Virus record (IMG/VR): IMGVR_UViG_3300027193_000501
Span: 101,922-165,921 of that record
DNA length: 64,000 bases
DNA from: a virus
Taxonomy: Duplodnaviria > Caudoviricetes
Direction: 5' to 3' (one strand)
Part shown: positions 48,135 to 57,812 of the stretch, in pieces
How the letters are laid out: the number at the start of each line of letters is the position of its first letter
How positions within the stretch are numbered: the stretch's first letter is position 1
Notes under the pieces: generated by a model
Told to the model about the DNA's origin: nothing
The model's database searches: none
Seen by the model: the letters and a program-made list of their open reading frames with translations, nothing else
Made by a program: the position numbers and the translations under genes

Positions 48135-49460
48135 ATGTCAGATAACAACAACCGTGCATCGTTCATCGAATTTGGCGATGCTGTGCCTGTAGCACAACCA
48201 AACAATTCTGTATTCGGCAATGAGACCGGTTTGCAGGTTCGTCCTGATTCTGTTGCAAAGCAGGACACCAACGGCAATTGGGTAAACGCTATCGGCTTGG
48301 CAAGCACGGAAGCGCACCGCCACGTTGCTAAGGTATGGCAGGACAAGTGCATCTCACTTGACGATGCATACACCGTCATCAAGCAGGAAGCAACAACAAA
48401 GTTTGACCTTACTGTACCAGAAGAGCAGGTACGCTTGGTCGAACCGTTCAAACTGGTGAACGGAACACCTATTAACGAATCCGGCTTGGAGGCTCTGCGT
48501 TTGCTTACCGGTAACGTCAACAACCCTGCCGTACCGGGCAAAACCGTGGAATTCCAATTGGAGCATGGTTACACTGGTGACCTTGTACGCTACATCAATG
48601 ACGGTCTTAACCGCCGGTCGGCAGATTATCGTGCGGGCAAAGAATTCCGCCTACGTTGCCGTAAGACCGATGATGGTTCGGATATCGTCCGGGCTATCGT
48701 ATCTGACCGCTACGGGGTCATAGATAACGATGAAGCACTAGGGATGGTAATTGACGCTTTGCCATCGTTGCAGGACGCTCTTGCATCACACTGGTGGAAT
48801 GACGGTGATTCGGTCATCGGTAACATTCTGTTGCCCGACCACATGAAAAGTCAACCGGATTCCGACTACGGTGTTGGCATCTCATTCCGCAACAGCGAGA
48901 TTCGCAAGTCGGCGTTTACCATTGCACCATTCTTATTCCGTGCCATCTGCCTTAACGGAATGATTTGGGGACGGCGTACATCTGCCATCGGCGTGAACAA
49001 AAAGCACTTAGGTATCATCAACAAGGATGACCTTAAGCAAAGCGTTGCCCATGCCATCGGCGTAGCCCTTACCGAAGGTAACGATATGTTAACCTTGATG
49101 GGCTACTCCAAGCAGGTAACGGTCAAAAACGTAGAGCAGACAATTGCACTGTTTGCCCGTGACCACAAGATGACCGTGGAACAAGGTAAGGCATGGCACA
49201 AGGGCTACTTGGAGACCCTACAAGAGCCAAACGGTGAGGTATCCGACCGTACCGCATTCGGCATCGTCAACGGTCTTACACGGTCTGCACAGGGCTACAC
49301 AGGGCATATGCGTGAACACATGGAAACGACCGCATCCATCATTCTCGCACCTGCCATCGATGCGACCTTGGATGCCATCCGCAAGCGTTGGAACACCGAA
49401 TCCAACAAGGCATCCACGCTTGATGCCCGTACCGTAGAGCAGTATGTGTACATCGGGTAG
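48135..49460 (+). CDS. DUF932-like protein, GC-rich cassette
   Basis: RAIVSDRY..IDN, GISFRNSE, FLFRAICLNGMI, T.FG.VNGLT. Confidence 0.7.
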   Translation: MSDNNNRASFIEFGDAVPVAQPNNSVFGNETGLQVRPDSVAKQDTNGNWVNAIGLASTEAHRHVAKVWQDKCISLDDAYTVIKQEATTKFDLTVPEEQVRLVEPFKLVNGTPINESGLEALRLLTGNVNNPAVPGKTVEFQLEHGYTGDLVRYINDGLNRRSADYRAGKEFRLRCRKTDDGSDIVRAIVSDRYGVIDNDEALGMVIDALPSLQDALASHWWNDGDSVIGNILLPDHMKSQPDSDYGVGISFRNSEIRKSAFTIAPFLFRAICLNGMIWGRRTSAIGVNKKHLGIINKDDLKQSVAHAIGVALTEGNDMLTLMGYSKQVTVKNVEQTIALFARDHKMTVEQGKAWHKGYLETLQEPNGEVSDRTAFGIVNGLTRSAQGYTGHMREHMETTASIILAPAIDATLDAIRKRWNTESNKASTLDARTVEQYVYIG

Positions 49461-49688
49461 GGCTTGGGAGGGAGGGGGAAACCCCTCCCTGTTTGACCAC
49501 ACATTCCCAGCTTTGTCAAGAAAATATTTCAATTATTTTTTACTGGCGGTTAGGTTTGTTTACAAACCTAAGATACAGCCTTAAATAATAGAATTCTGTA
49601 ACGATCGGATCGCTATCACGAAAAATCTATTTTGTCAAATTTATTTTTTAGTGTTGCATATGTTATTTAAATGCTGTAAGATAGAGAC

Positions 49689-49985
49689 ATGAGCCTAGAA
49701 ACCACATGGAACGCCTCGTTCCAATATATCCCCGTCTTGGAAATGACCTTGGTCAAATCCACCGCTGTAAAAGCATTGGCAATCGTAGAGGATTGTGTCT
49801 ACGTAGAATTTAACAAAAGTCGCAAAGTTTACATCTACCAGTGTGGAGAAGGATTCTGCGACCTGATAAAGCAAACCGTAACGAACGGTGGCTCCTTGGG
49901 CAGACTGATGCGTCTGCTGTACACTGAAGACCCGGCAGAATTCTCTTGTTGGGGCGGTGAAGTATCTTACAAAAATACATTGTAA
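49689..49985 (+). CDS. KTSC-like domain protein
   Basis: VKSTAV...VYVEF....VYIY...GSLGR. Confidence 0.5.
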   Translation: MSLETTWNASFQYIPVLEMTLVKSTAVKALAIVEDCVYVEFNKSRKVYIYQCGEGFCDLIKQTVTNGGSLGRLMRLLYTEDPAEFSCWGGEVSYKNTL

Positions 49986-50185
49986 GATACTTAGTAAAAC
50001 CCTCTGGAGAAATTCAGAGGGATTCTTTTTATTTAAGGCTGTATCTTAGGTTTGTAAACAAACCTAACCTTCAGTAGAAAATAATAAGATTATCATCAAT
50101 TTATTTCTACATCACCCCTTGCACTATAGCATCTGTTAGCCTATAATACGTTGTAGATAAATTCTACACGGAGATAGTAACAAAG

Positions 50186-50770
50186 ATGGCAATCGGAATT
50201 CAACCCGGCTCAAGAGGAACGGCTCATCCTCAGAGCGTTCAGCAGATGTTGGCACTCGGTCACATTGTTGACCATTATGTACAGGAAGCATCTAAGCATT
50301 ATCCTACCATTGGATTCAAAACCAAAATTTCGAGTGTGGACTATCCCGGAGGTCTTGGTCTTATCGACTTTGGCACGGGTATTCGATACACCGGTGAAGG
50401 TGTTGTAACGATGGACAATGACCCTATCCTTATGATTACACGGGTTCATTGTGAGAGCGGAGCGGATGCATCAAAGAAATGGTTCCACAAGAATTTCTGG
50501 TATGAAACAATTCGAGCATCCAAGGAAACTCATTTCACCCACCTTACATTTGTTTCTTGTAATGACTCCGGCTTGTACGATGACCTGAAGCGTATTTTCC
50601 ATGTTGTTGTAAATCGTGAGAATTCGAGTCACGGTTTCAATCAAGTTAGAATCGGCAAGAATGTCATTATGATTTCCGACTGTAGTTTTACTAGCAAGGA
50701 AATCGAAAACACCGTTCGAGAGGTGTTGATGGATTGTGCTGAATTTCATAATCTGTCGAAAAAGCTGTAA
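50186..50770 (+). CDS. Possible degenerate EcoRI-like restriction-endonuclease-fold protein
   Basis: Resembles the EcoRI pattern (..HKN..E.HF..L.F) but lacks PD...EAK. Confidence 0.35.
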   Translation: MAIGIQPGSRGTAHPQSVQQMLALGHIVDHYVQEASKHYPTIGFKTKISSVDYPGGLGLIDFGTGIRYTGEGVVTMDNDPILMITRVHCESGADASKKWFHKNFWYETIRASKETHFTHLTFVSCNDSGLYDDLKRIFHVVVNRENSSHGFNQVRIGKNVIMISDCSFTSKEIENTVREVLMDCAEFHNLSKKL

Positions 50771-50885
50771 TCTGTAGAACTTTCCTGTTCACTCTTAAAT
50801 CCCTTGTTCGAGTAGCAAGGGATTCTTTTTATTTAACACTGGTGCTTAGGCTTGTAAACAAGCCTAACATACAGTAGAATATAAT

Positions 50886-51212
50886 ATGAATGAAAAACAA
50901 TGGATAGATAAAATAATTCGAGAGTGTTATTTGAACATTGGAAATTTCGATATCAAATTCGCAATCCAATTAAAAGGAAAAAGAAATTCGAATATCGAGT
51001 TCGTATCTATTTCGAAAAGATTTATGAACGTTTCGATGATAGACAGAAAAAAGCATCAAAAGTTCTACAGTATGATGAGAGACAAGGATGCAAATTTAGA
51101 GTTACTATCAGAATATCACATTTCTCACAATATATCAAGTAACGGAGCAAAATATCTCTGGGAATATTACAACAAAATATACCAGAAATATCTCAAGTCT
51201 GGTAAAATGTAA
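50886..51212 (+). CDS. Hypothetical protein
   Basis: ORF directly after a palindrome. Confidence 0.5.
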   Translation: MNEKQWIDKIIRECYLNIGNFDIKFAIQLKGKRNSNIEFVSISKRFMNVSMIDRKKHQKFYSMMRDKDANLELLSEYHISHNISSNGAKYLWEYYNKIYQKYLKSGKM

Positions 51213-51213
51213 C

Positions 51214-51558
51214 ATGGAATCTAAAGTTTGGATTTATTTCTCTAAAACAGGAACAGGCTATGAAATGTCCGGTTCTGATATTATTTCAGGGATTGATGCT
51301 TTTATACTTAAGGATGGAACTTATCTTATTGAATATTCCCATAGTGAATTGATAAACGAGATGCATTTCTTTATTTATCAATGGGACAATTCTCAAAAGA
51401 GACGTAGAACTATTTATGAGGGATACCAAAAAGAAAAGATTCTAATGGGTATGGTTAAGGACATTGATAAATTACCTCTAAATGTATCTAGTAAAATTTT
51501 AACAATGTATTACAACGAAAATGAAGAATTGGATTTAGAGAAGAATGCAAACGTCTGA
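51214..51558 (+). CDS. Hypothetical protein
   Basis: Operon ORF. Confidence 0.55.
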   Translation: MESKVWIYFSKTGTGYEMSGSDIISGIDAFILKDGTYLIEYSHSELINEMHFFIYQWDNSQKRRRTIYEGYQKEKILMGMVKDIDKLPLNVSSKILTMYYNENEELDLEKNANV

Positions 51559-52051
51559 ACAAAAATTAAAATATCTATATAAAACTATAGAAACACTTTG
51601 GCATGGTACAGATACAAATACTGGTGATTATCCAAAGATTATTAACTTATATAAAGAAGTGTTAAAACTTAATCCCAAAGATAGAGATGCTTGGGAGAAT
51701 ATGATTTGGCTGTTCTGGTCTTTATCAATTAATAATAAAGATACTGGATTATTGTTAGAGGCAGAGAAATTTGCTAAGAGATATCTATCAGTAATGCCTA
51801 ATGGTTATAGGTCTTACGAATATTTAGGCATTGTATATCGTTCTATGGTTAAAGATGAAAGATTAGCCATTAGATATTATGAGAGTGCTGTTCGATGGAA
51901 AGATTGTCCAGCATCTACATATAATTCTCTTGTAGCATTATGTATCAAGAATAAAGAAAAAATAAGAGCGAAGGATTATTGTATCCTCGCCCTTAAAAAA
52001 TATCCCAAAGATAATTATTCCATTATGAGATTAAAAGAAGTTAATCAATAA
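51545..52051 (+). CDS. Tetratricopeptide-repeat protein
   Basis: YKEVLKLNPKD..AW; YEYLGIVY...AIRYYESA; ALKKYP. Confidence 0.8.
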   Translation: MQTSEQKLKYLYKTIETLWHGTDTNTGDYPKIINLYKEVLKLNPKDRDAWENMIWLFWSLSINNKDTGLLLEAEKFAKRYLSVMPNGYRSYEYLGIVYRSMVKDERLAIRYYESAVRWKDCPASTYNSLVALCIKNKEKIRAKDYCILALKKYPKDNYSIMRLKEVNQ

Positions 52052-52457
52052 TAGTAATCTTATCAAAACCTACTGTGAAATAACGTCCAGTAGGTTTATT
52101 TTTTTTAAGACCTCTAACCACCACTAAATGATTATTAGATGTGTTAAAACTATCATAAACAATACCAAACTCTTCTTCCCCAGATTTATCTATCCACTTT
52201 ACTTTGAGACCGGGTTCGATTAATACTTTTTCCTGTTTATTTAATATCTCTTGTAATTTAAAATTCATTTCATCTGATTCATGGGACAGTTTATTAATAT
52301 CAGCCCAAAGAGATGAATTCTTTGCTCTTAATTCTGTTATTTGCTCAGATACAATATTATTCAATTTCATTAGAGAAAGGTTATCTTTCTTATGCTGAAT
52401 AATTACATAAATGGCAAAAAGTAATGATATACTTAACATTGCTAAGATTGTCGTCAT
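52041..52457 (-). CDS. TM plus coiled-coil plus SH3/Tudor-like protein
   Basis: N-terminal TM helix; PGLKVKW...GIV. Confidence 0.55.
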   Translation of the reverse strand: MTTILAMLSISLLFAIYVIIQHKKDNLSLMKLNNIVSEQITELRAKNSSLWADINKLSHESDEMNFKLQEILNKQEKVLIEPGLKVKWIDKSGEEEFGIVYDSFNTSNNHLVVVRGLKKNKPTGRYFTVGFDKITIID

Positions 52458-52761
52458 AATAGTACCTCTATTTATATTTTACTTTAATTGTTATACTAAT
52501 ACTTTGCAATAACCTTAAATGCTGATATAATACACTTGATGTTCGATACTGACATCTGTTTGTTATCTCCTTTCAAAAGAGAAAAGACAAGGTAAAAAAA
52601 TACCTTGTCTTTTCTCTTGCTATATTATGTTTGATGTCCTATAATACAGATGTTCATAGGTTTTCATGTTACTCGGTTGCTGTCCCTTAAAAAGATAGCA
52701 ACCTTTTTTTATTTGCATTTTATTTCTGGCGTGATATTATAGATGTAGGAGAAATAAAACA

Positions 52762-53070
52762 ATGGATTTTGTCAGATTGTTACTAGTGCTGATACCTGTA
52801 GGACTATTCATTTCCTACTATGTATTGTTTCATATGGTTGGAGCAGGTTCTATGACTGCTATCGGAATGGTTTCTACGGCTATTCTAGGTCTTGCTGTTG
52901 TAACCAAAGTTATCACTTTTGTATTGCATCGTGATTTCCCAGATATGTTCTTCTTGTGGAACCTTTGGGGAGTGATGTGTTTCCCTATCGGAATTGTTCT
53001 ATCAATATCACACCAAGAACATAAAAGCCTGTTGTGTAAATACCTTGATAAGATAAACGCTCCACAATAA
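52762..53070 (+). CDS. Membrane protein (3 TM)
   Basis: Promoter, RBS aggag, hydrophobic helices. Confidence 0.65.
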   Translation: MDFVRLLLVLIPVGLFISYYVLFHMVGAGSMTAIGMVSTAILGLAVVTKVITFVLHRDFPDMFFLWNLWGVMCFPIGIVLSISHQEHKSLLCKYLDKINAPQ

Positions 53071-53112
53071 AATTATATTGCAAAGGCTTGTTTTGTTTGA
53101 TAATATATAAAC

Positions 53113-53280
53113 ATGGAAAACACTACAAGCCCAATGTTCTCACTCTTCGTTACACAAGCTTTTGAAGAGTTGTCAAAACAACACCCTGATATGTCCAAAG
53201 AAAACCTCATGGAACAAGCGATAGAATTAGCATATGAACGATGGGATTCTTATGTAGAATCTGAATATTTCCAAGGCTAA
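53113..53280 (+). CDS. Small protein (55 aa; absent from ORF track), paralog of 54278 and 54694
   Basis: MENTTSPMF...HPD...L.E.A.E.A.ERWDS....EYFQG; leaderless. Confidence 0.65.
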   Translation: MENTTSPMFSLFVTQAFEELSKQHPDMSKENLMEQAIELAYERWDSYVESEYFQG

Positions 53281-53417
53281 TAATATACAACCCTGAATAA
53301 CATCAGGGTTTTTTTATTTAACACTGGAGGTTAGGTTTGTTTACAAACCTAAGATACAGCCTTAAATAATAAGAAATATAATTTGCAATATATCAAAATA
53401 TGGCTTATCATACAGGT

Positions 53418-53738
53418 ATGGAAAACACTACTATCAAGCCTGTCACTAAAAAGACCAAGGTAGAATTAACTTATCGTCAATGGATGCGAATTATCAATTA
53501 CTTTGCTTTGTCTGTATGCGGTATAACTGTCAGCCATATTTCAGATTGGTCTTGGAGAGATGAATTCTGCGAAGACCTGACAACTTTAGAAAACCACATC
53601 AACAATGCACGGGAAACTTTTGAAACTTTCCTCGCTGATGTAGAACCGGGACATTATAATCAGATGGTTAATGAATTTCCAAAGTTAACTGAAGACTTAC
53701 TCAAAAACAAAGACCTCTTGGGCAAGGTTGTAGCATAG
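53418..53738 (+). CDS. Cassette hypothetical protein (leaderless)
   Basis: TTGCAA-N17-TATCAT-6nt-ATG. Confidence 0.65.
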   Translation: MENTTIKPVTKKTKVELTYRQWMRIINYFALSVCGITVSHISDWSWRDEFCEDLTTLENHINNARETFETFLADVEPGHYNQMVNEFPKLTEDLLKNKDLLGKVVA

Positions 53739-53851
53739 GCTACAACCTTGTTTCTTTTATTTAACACTGGAGGTTAGGTTTGTTTACAAACCTAAGATAC
53801 AGCCTTAAATAAAAAGAAATATCCCTTGACTTTCATCAAGGGATATGGTCA

Positions 53852-54103
53852 TTAGAGGGAGGCTTGTTTTGCCTTTAATTCTTCAATCGCTTCTTTGTGC
53901 TTTATCGATTCTTGCTTTGCAGTTTCAAAAACATTTGCGATTTCAATAAGTGTAGCAGTGTCATACTTGTCTGCCTTGATTCTACCGCTCTCGATAAGAC
54001 TCTTAAGTCTATATATCGATGCTTCCATATATCCCAAACGAAACAAGTAATCAAAATTCTTTTCTTGATTACTCCGATACAGCTGTTCATAGAAACTTTC
54101 CAT
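53852..54103 (-). CDS. Cassette hypothetical protein
   Basis: Own promoter and terminator between palindromes. Confidence 0.6.
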   Translation of the reverse strand: MESFYEQLYRSNQEKNFDYLFRLGYMEASIYRLKSLIESGRIKADKYDTATLIEIANVFETAKQESIKHKEAIEELKAKQASL

Positions 54104-54277
54104 CTTCGTTACCAACCTTTCACTATCAATTTACAGCATTATGAGGCTGATTGCAAGAAATATGTTAATAATAATCTTATTATTTTCTGCTGTGTCTTAG
54201 GCTTGTTTACAAGCCTAACCTGCAGTGTTAAATAAAAAGAAATATCCCTTGATTTTCATCAAGGGATATGATAAGGA

Positions 54278-54484
54278 TTACTCTCCTTGAAAGTAGTCTG
54301 CGTTTTGTTCGCTGTCCCATGCTTCAAGGGCTTTTTCTTCTGCGTCTTGCAGAAGATCTTCCAGAGTTTGTTCTGGAAATTTGATCTTCATGTAATAAAG
54401 TTCTGCTGACACCAAAGTTTTGTATGCAGACTCGCCTGTGACGTGTGACCAGACAAACTGATCGATAGTAGGAGTGGTTTTCAT
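54278..54484 (-). CDS. Cassette hypothetical protein
   Basis: Leaderless; ends WDS...DYFQGE. Confidence 0.65.
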   Translation of the reverse strand: MKTTPTIDQFVWSHVTGESAYKTLVSAELYYMKIKFPEQTLEDLLQDAEEKALEAWDSEQNADYFQGE

Positions 54485-54693
54485 GACTATAGTTTACAAT
54501 ATAATTCTACATTCTGCCAATTTATTATTTTTCTTGACAACTGATCGGATCTGTGATAGAGATCCACGCTAGTGATCGGATCCTGATCATTATTCTTATT
54601 ATTATCTGCTGTGCCTTAGGCTTGTAAACAAGCCTAACCTGCAGTGTTAAATAAAAAGAAATATCCCTTGACTTTCATCAAGGGATATGATTT

Positions 54694-54909
54694 CTATGAA
54701 TACACTCTGTTGAAGTGTAGGTAATCTTTGTTTTTTTCCCATTGTTCGTTTGCATATTCTGTTGCATATGGGAGCAACTCTGAAAGTTGCTTTGTTGGAT
54801 ATTGGCTTACCAAGTCTTTCAAAGCATACACAACGTAAGCCTTGTAGTGTGAGCCTGTAGCACTGTTGACGTTTTCATCGACGAATTGGTTGATTGAAGT
54901 GTTTTTCAT
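54694..54909 (-). CDS. Cassette hypothetical protein
   Basis: Paralog of 54278 (I.QFV...YK..V...P...L.ELL..A...A...W). Confidence 0.65.
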   Translation of the reverse strand: MKNTSINQFVDENVNSATGSHYKAYVVYALKDLVSQYPTKQLSELLPYATEYANEQWEKNKDYLHFNRVYS

Positions 54910-54918
54910 AATTATAAT

Positions 54919-55173
54919 TTACAATGCCATTATCATATCAATGTCTTCAGCACTGATTTGAAGTGAAATATGTTGTTTGTGATTCTTGAAATATATAGCA
55001 GGAGTCCAACCCATAGCGTAGTACTCTTGGAATTTCACGGCGGCTAATTTCCAAAGTTCAACAGAATTTCCACTAAAAGGGAATTCAAGGTAAGCATCCA
55101 AATGTTGGATGTCATTATAATTTGAGACGCAAAGATGCCCAGAAAGTGCTGGTGCAGGAGTTTGAGTTTTCAT
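54919..55173 (-). CDS. Cassette hypothetical protein (leaderless)
   Basis: TTGCAA-N17-TAACAT-6nt-ATG. Confidence 0.65.
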   Translation of the reverse strand: MKTQTPAPALSGHLCVSNYNDIQHLDAYLEFPFSGNSVELWKLAAVKFQEYYAMGWTPAIYFKNHKQHISLQISAEDIDMIMAL

Positions 55174-55469
55174 GCCTGTATGTTACAGTGAATTTACAAA
55201 CATTGCAATAAATAATTTTATTCTATTCTCATATTTGCCATTACAGGCTTTATTTATTCATTACCATATAGTTATTCAATATCATTCATAACTCTTGTGT
55301 ATGAGCATTGTAGGGGCTTACAGAGGCATTTGTATTTGTTAGATTATCCTGTAATTGATTTAATGAATAATCTTATTATTATCTGCTGTCGGTTAGGCTT
55401 GTTTACAAGCCTAAGACACAGTGTTAAATAAAAAGAAATATCCCTTGATTTTCATCAAGGGATATGGTA

Positions 55470-55670
55470 CTAGCCTGGTAGGGTTTTGACTATTAGCAGG
55501 TTGTGAGACACATGGTAGGTGTGCTTGAACCTGTCTGTATAGATACTCTTACCTAACCGTGCGATGATGTCTGCTTCGGACATTGACGGGGTAATGCCAA
55601 TCTGTCCGAGGGTAAAGAAGTGCATATGGCCAGTCGGTTCTTCGACTTCCACTCTGGTGTTTGTGTTCAT
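55470..55670 (-). CDS. Cassette hypothetical protein (leaderless)
   Basis: TTGCAT-N17-TAAAAT-5nt-ATG. Confidence 0.6.
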   Translation of the reverse strand: MNTNTRVEVEEPTGHMHFFTLGQIGITPSMSEADIIARLGKSIYTDRFKHTYHVSHNLLIVKTLPG

Positions 55671-55821
55671 ACCTAATTTTACAGGCAATTGCAACATAAT
55701 GCAATGTATATTTAAATAATATTTCTATTATTTTCTGCTGTCGGTTAGGCTTGTTTACAAGCCTAAGACACAGTGTTAAATAAAAAGAATTCCCTTGAAT
55801 TTCTTCAAGGGAATATATCGT

Positions 55822-56064
55822 TTAGTCTTCGCCGTATGCGGAATCAATTCTTTGACTGCAATGTTCACAGTATAGTTGTTCAGATTCCCAATTAACGTCC
55901 CTATGTGTGACGTACCATTGGTCGTCATTTGTATCACTGCACAATTCCAAATTCTTGTTAACACATTCAGGACAGAGAGCGCATCTGTCTGTTGTGACGT
56001 AGAACAGCGGATATCCACCGTCTGCGCACACGTCTACTGGCTTGCCGTCAACTTTGAATTCCAT
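55822..56064 (-). CDS. Cassette Zn-binding phage protein
   Basis: GGYPLFY...LCPEC...VNWE...YCEHC...I.SAYG. Confidence 0.7.
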   Translation of the reverse strand: MEFKVDGKPVDVCADGGYPLFYVTTDRCALCPECVNKNLELCSDTNDDQWYVTHRDVNWESEQLYCEHCSQRIDSAYGED

Positions 56065-56243
56065 AGTTTCACCTAGGGTCAGAGTGAATTTCCATCATAG
56101 GATTATCTGACAATACTAATTTACAGCATTTCAAGAGAGAATGCAAATTATAATTCTATTATTTAAGGCTGTATGTTAGGCTTGTTTACAAGCCTAAGCA
56201 ACAGTGGAATATAACAGAAATTCTGCTATATTCCTTTGCTTGA

Positions 56244-56555
56244 CTACGATTGTACGCTTGTGACAATCGCCTTTGCAGTAGACAACCAGTTGGACGCTAC
56301 TGTCTTACGGGCTACAACCATGATACGTTGCGCCTTCAATTCTCTTACAACCTTGACCTGCTCTGCAACCATGGAGTCGATTTTAGCCTCACGGGTTGCT
56401 TCGTTGCTACCCAATTCCTTTGGGTCTACGGTGATGCGAATATGAGCCTTTGCATCTTCAAGGGCATTCTCTGCGTGAAACAGCTTGAGGTCGATTTCTG
56501 CCAATTGCTTGACGAGTTCGTTGGTTTCTTTGGTGATGGTGTTTAGTTCGGTCAT
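56244..56555 (-). CDS. Cassette coiled-coil protein
   Basis: RBS ggag; GSNEATREA. Confidence 0.65.
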   Translation of the reverse strand: MTELNTITKETNELVKQLAEIDLKLFHAENALEDAKAHIRITVDPKELGSNEATREAKIDSMVAEQVKVVRELKAQRIMVVARKTVASNWLSTAKAIVTSVQS

Positions 56556-56744
56556 TTGTTACTCCGGTCAGTGCAGGTCAATTCCTACATACTGATAATA
56601 TCTCACTGCAAACAAGACTGCAAGGAATTTATGAAAAATAATCTTATTATTATCTGCTGTGTCTTAGGCTTGTAAACAAGCCTAACCTGCAGTGTTAAAT
56701 AAAAAGAAATATCCCTTGACTTTCGCCAAGGGATATAATAAGGA

Positions 56745-57050
56745 TTACCCGAAAATTTGTGCTAGTGAGAGGTTATCCTCCGATAGCCTGTTACGGTTTG
56801 CGTTTTTGGCATCACGCACACGAGCGTAACACGCATCGTTATAGTCCTCGTCACCGTCATAATAAGACGAAGAATCGAAATTGCCCATTTCCGTGAGCAA
56901 ATTGGAAAATATCACTGCCTTGGCTTGGCGATGCTCAGGCAACTCGGAATAAGGCGAATTCCAGAAATTGTCAAATTCCGCCCTACCCTCCGCAAAACCG
57001 ATTGGGAATGACTTAACCCATAATCGTTGATAAATTTGTTCTACTTTCAT
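56745..57050 (-). CDS. Cassette hypothetical protein
   Basis: RBS aggag; promoter and terminator. Confidence 0.65.
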   Translation of the reverse strand: MKVEQIYQRLWVKSFPIGFAEGRAEFDNFWNSPYSELPEHRQAKAVIFSNLLTEMGNFDSSSYYDGDEDYNDACYARVRDAKNANRNRLSEDNLSLAQIFG

Positions 57051-57375
57051 GCTAACTCCTATCAACCAACTTACAATACTAGTATAGGATTAAATTACAC
57101 GCTTTGCAAGTTTATTTTTAAATTATTTTTCATACCAAATTTTGCCATTATAGACTAGATTTTATCAATACCAAGTAGTTATTCAATATCATACATAACT
57201 CTTGTGTATGGTCATTGTGGAGCCTTGTAGAGGTATTCACACTTGACAGAATATGTGTGTAACAACTGGATAGCATTCTTATTATTATCTGCTGTAGGTT
57301 AGGCTTGTAAACAAGCCTAACCTACAGTGTTAAATAAAAAAATCCCCCTGACATTTATCAGAGGGAATATCTAGA

Positions 57376-57615
57376 TTATACGAGGGTGTCTTTAAGAGTT
57401 CCGCCGTTTTTGAACAACTGCCAGAAAATTCTAAAGCGGATGTAGGTGACTGGGAGGTTAAGCCATTCTACAGGGGTTTCCTCGCCCTCTGGAGTTACAT
57501 AGTGGATATTACGCTCCTTTGTCGCTTCAACGAATTTGGTTATTTCATCACTAGCCAGACCCCGTTCTTTGTCAGAGGTCAATTCCGCATAGGTTTTGCT
57601 CAAAATTTCCTGCAT
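57376..57615 (-). CDS. Cassette hypothetical protein
   Basis: RBS aaggag. Confidence 0.65.
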   Translation of the reverse strand: MQEILSKTYAELTSDKERGLASDEITKFVEATKERNIHYVTPEGEETPVEWLNLPVTYIRFRIFWQLFKNGGTLKDTLV

Positions 57616-57812
57616 CTGGTTTCTCCTTGTAGACTGGAGCCTACATACCTATATTACATCATTTAAATAACATATGCAACACTGAATTTATATTATTATC
57701 TGCTGTGTCTTAGGCTTGTAAACAAGCCTAACCTGCAGTGTTAAATAATAAGATAATTAATTTGCATCCTATGTAGCATATGATATTATTATATTGAAAG
57801 TGAGATAGTCAG

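Noticed and set aside
48053-49532. Antisense ORFs overlapping the DUF932-like gene, and similar shadow ORFs elsewhere
   Set aside because: Shadow frames of a GC-rich gene with no independent signals
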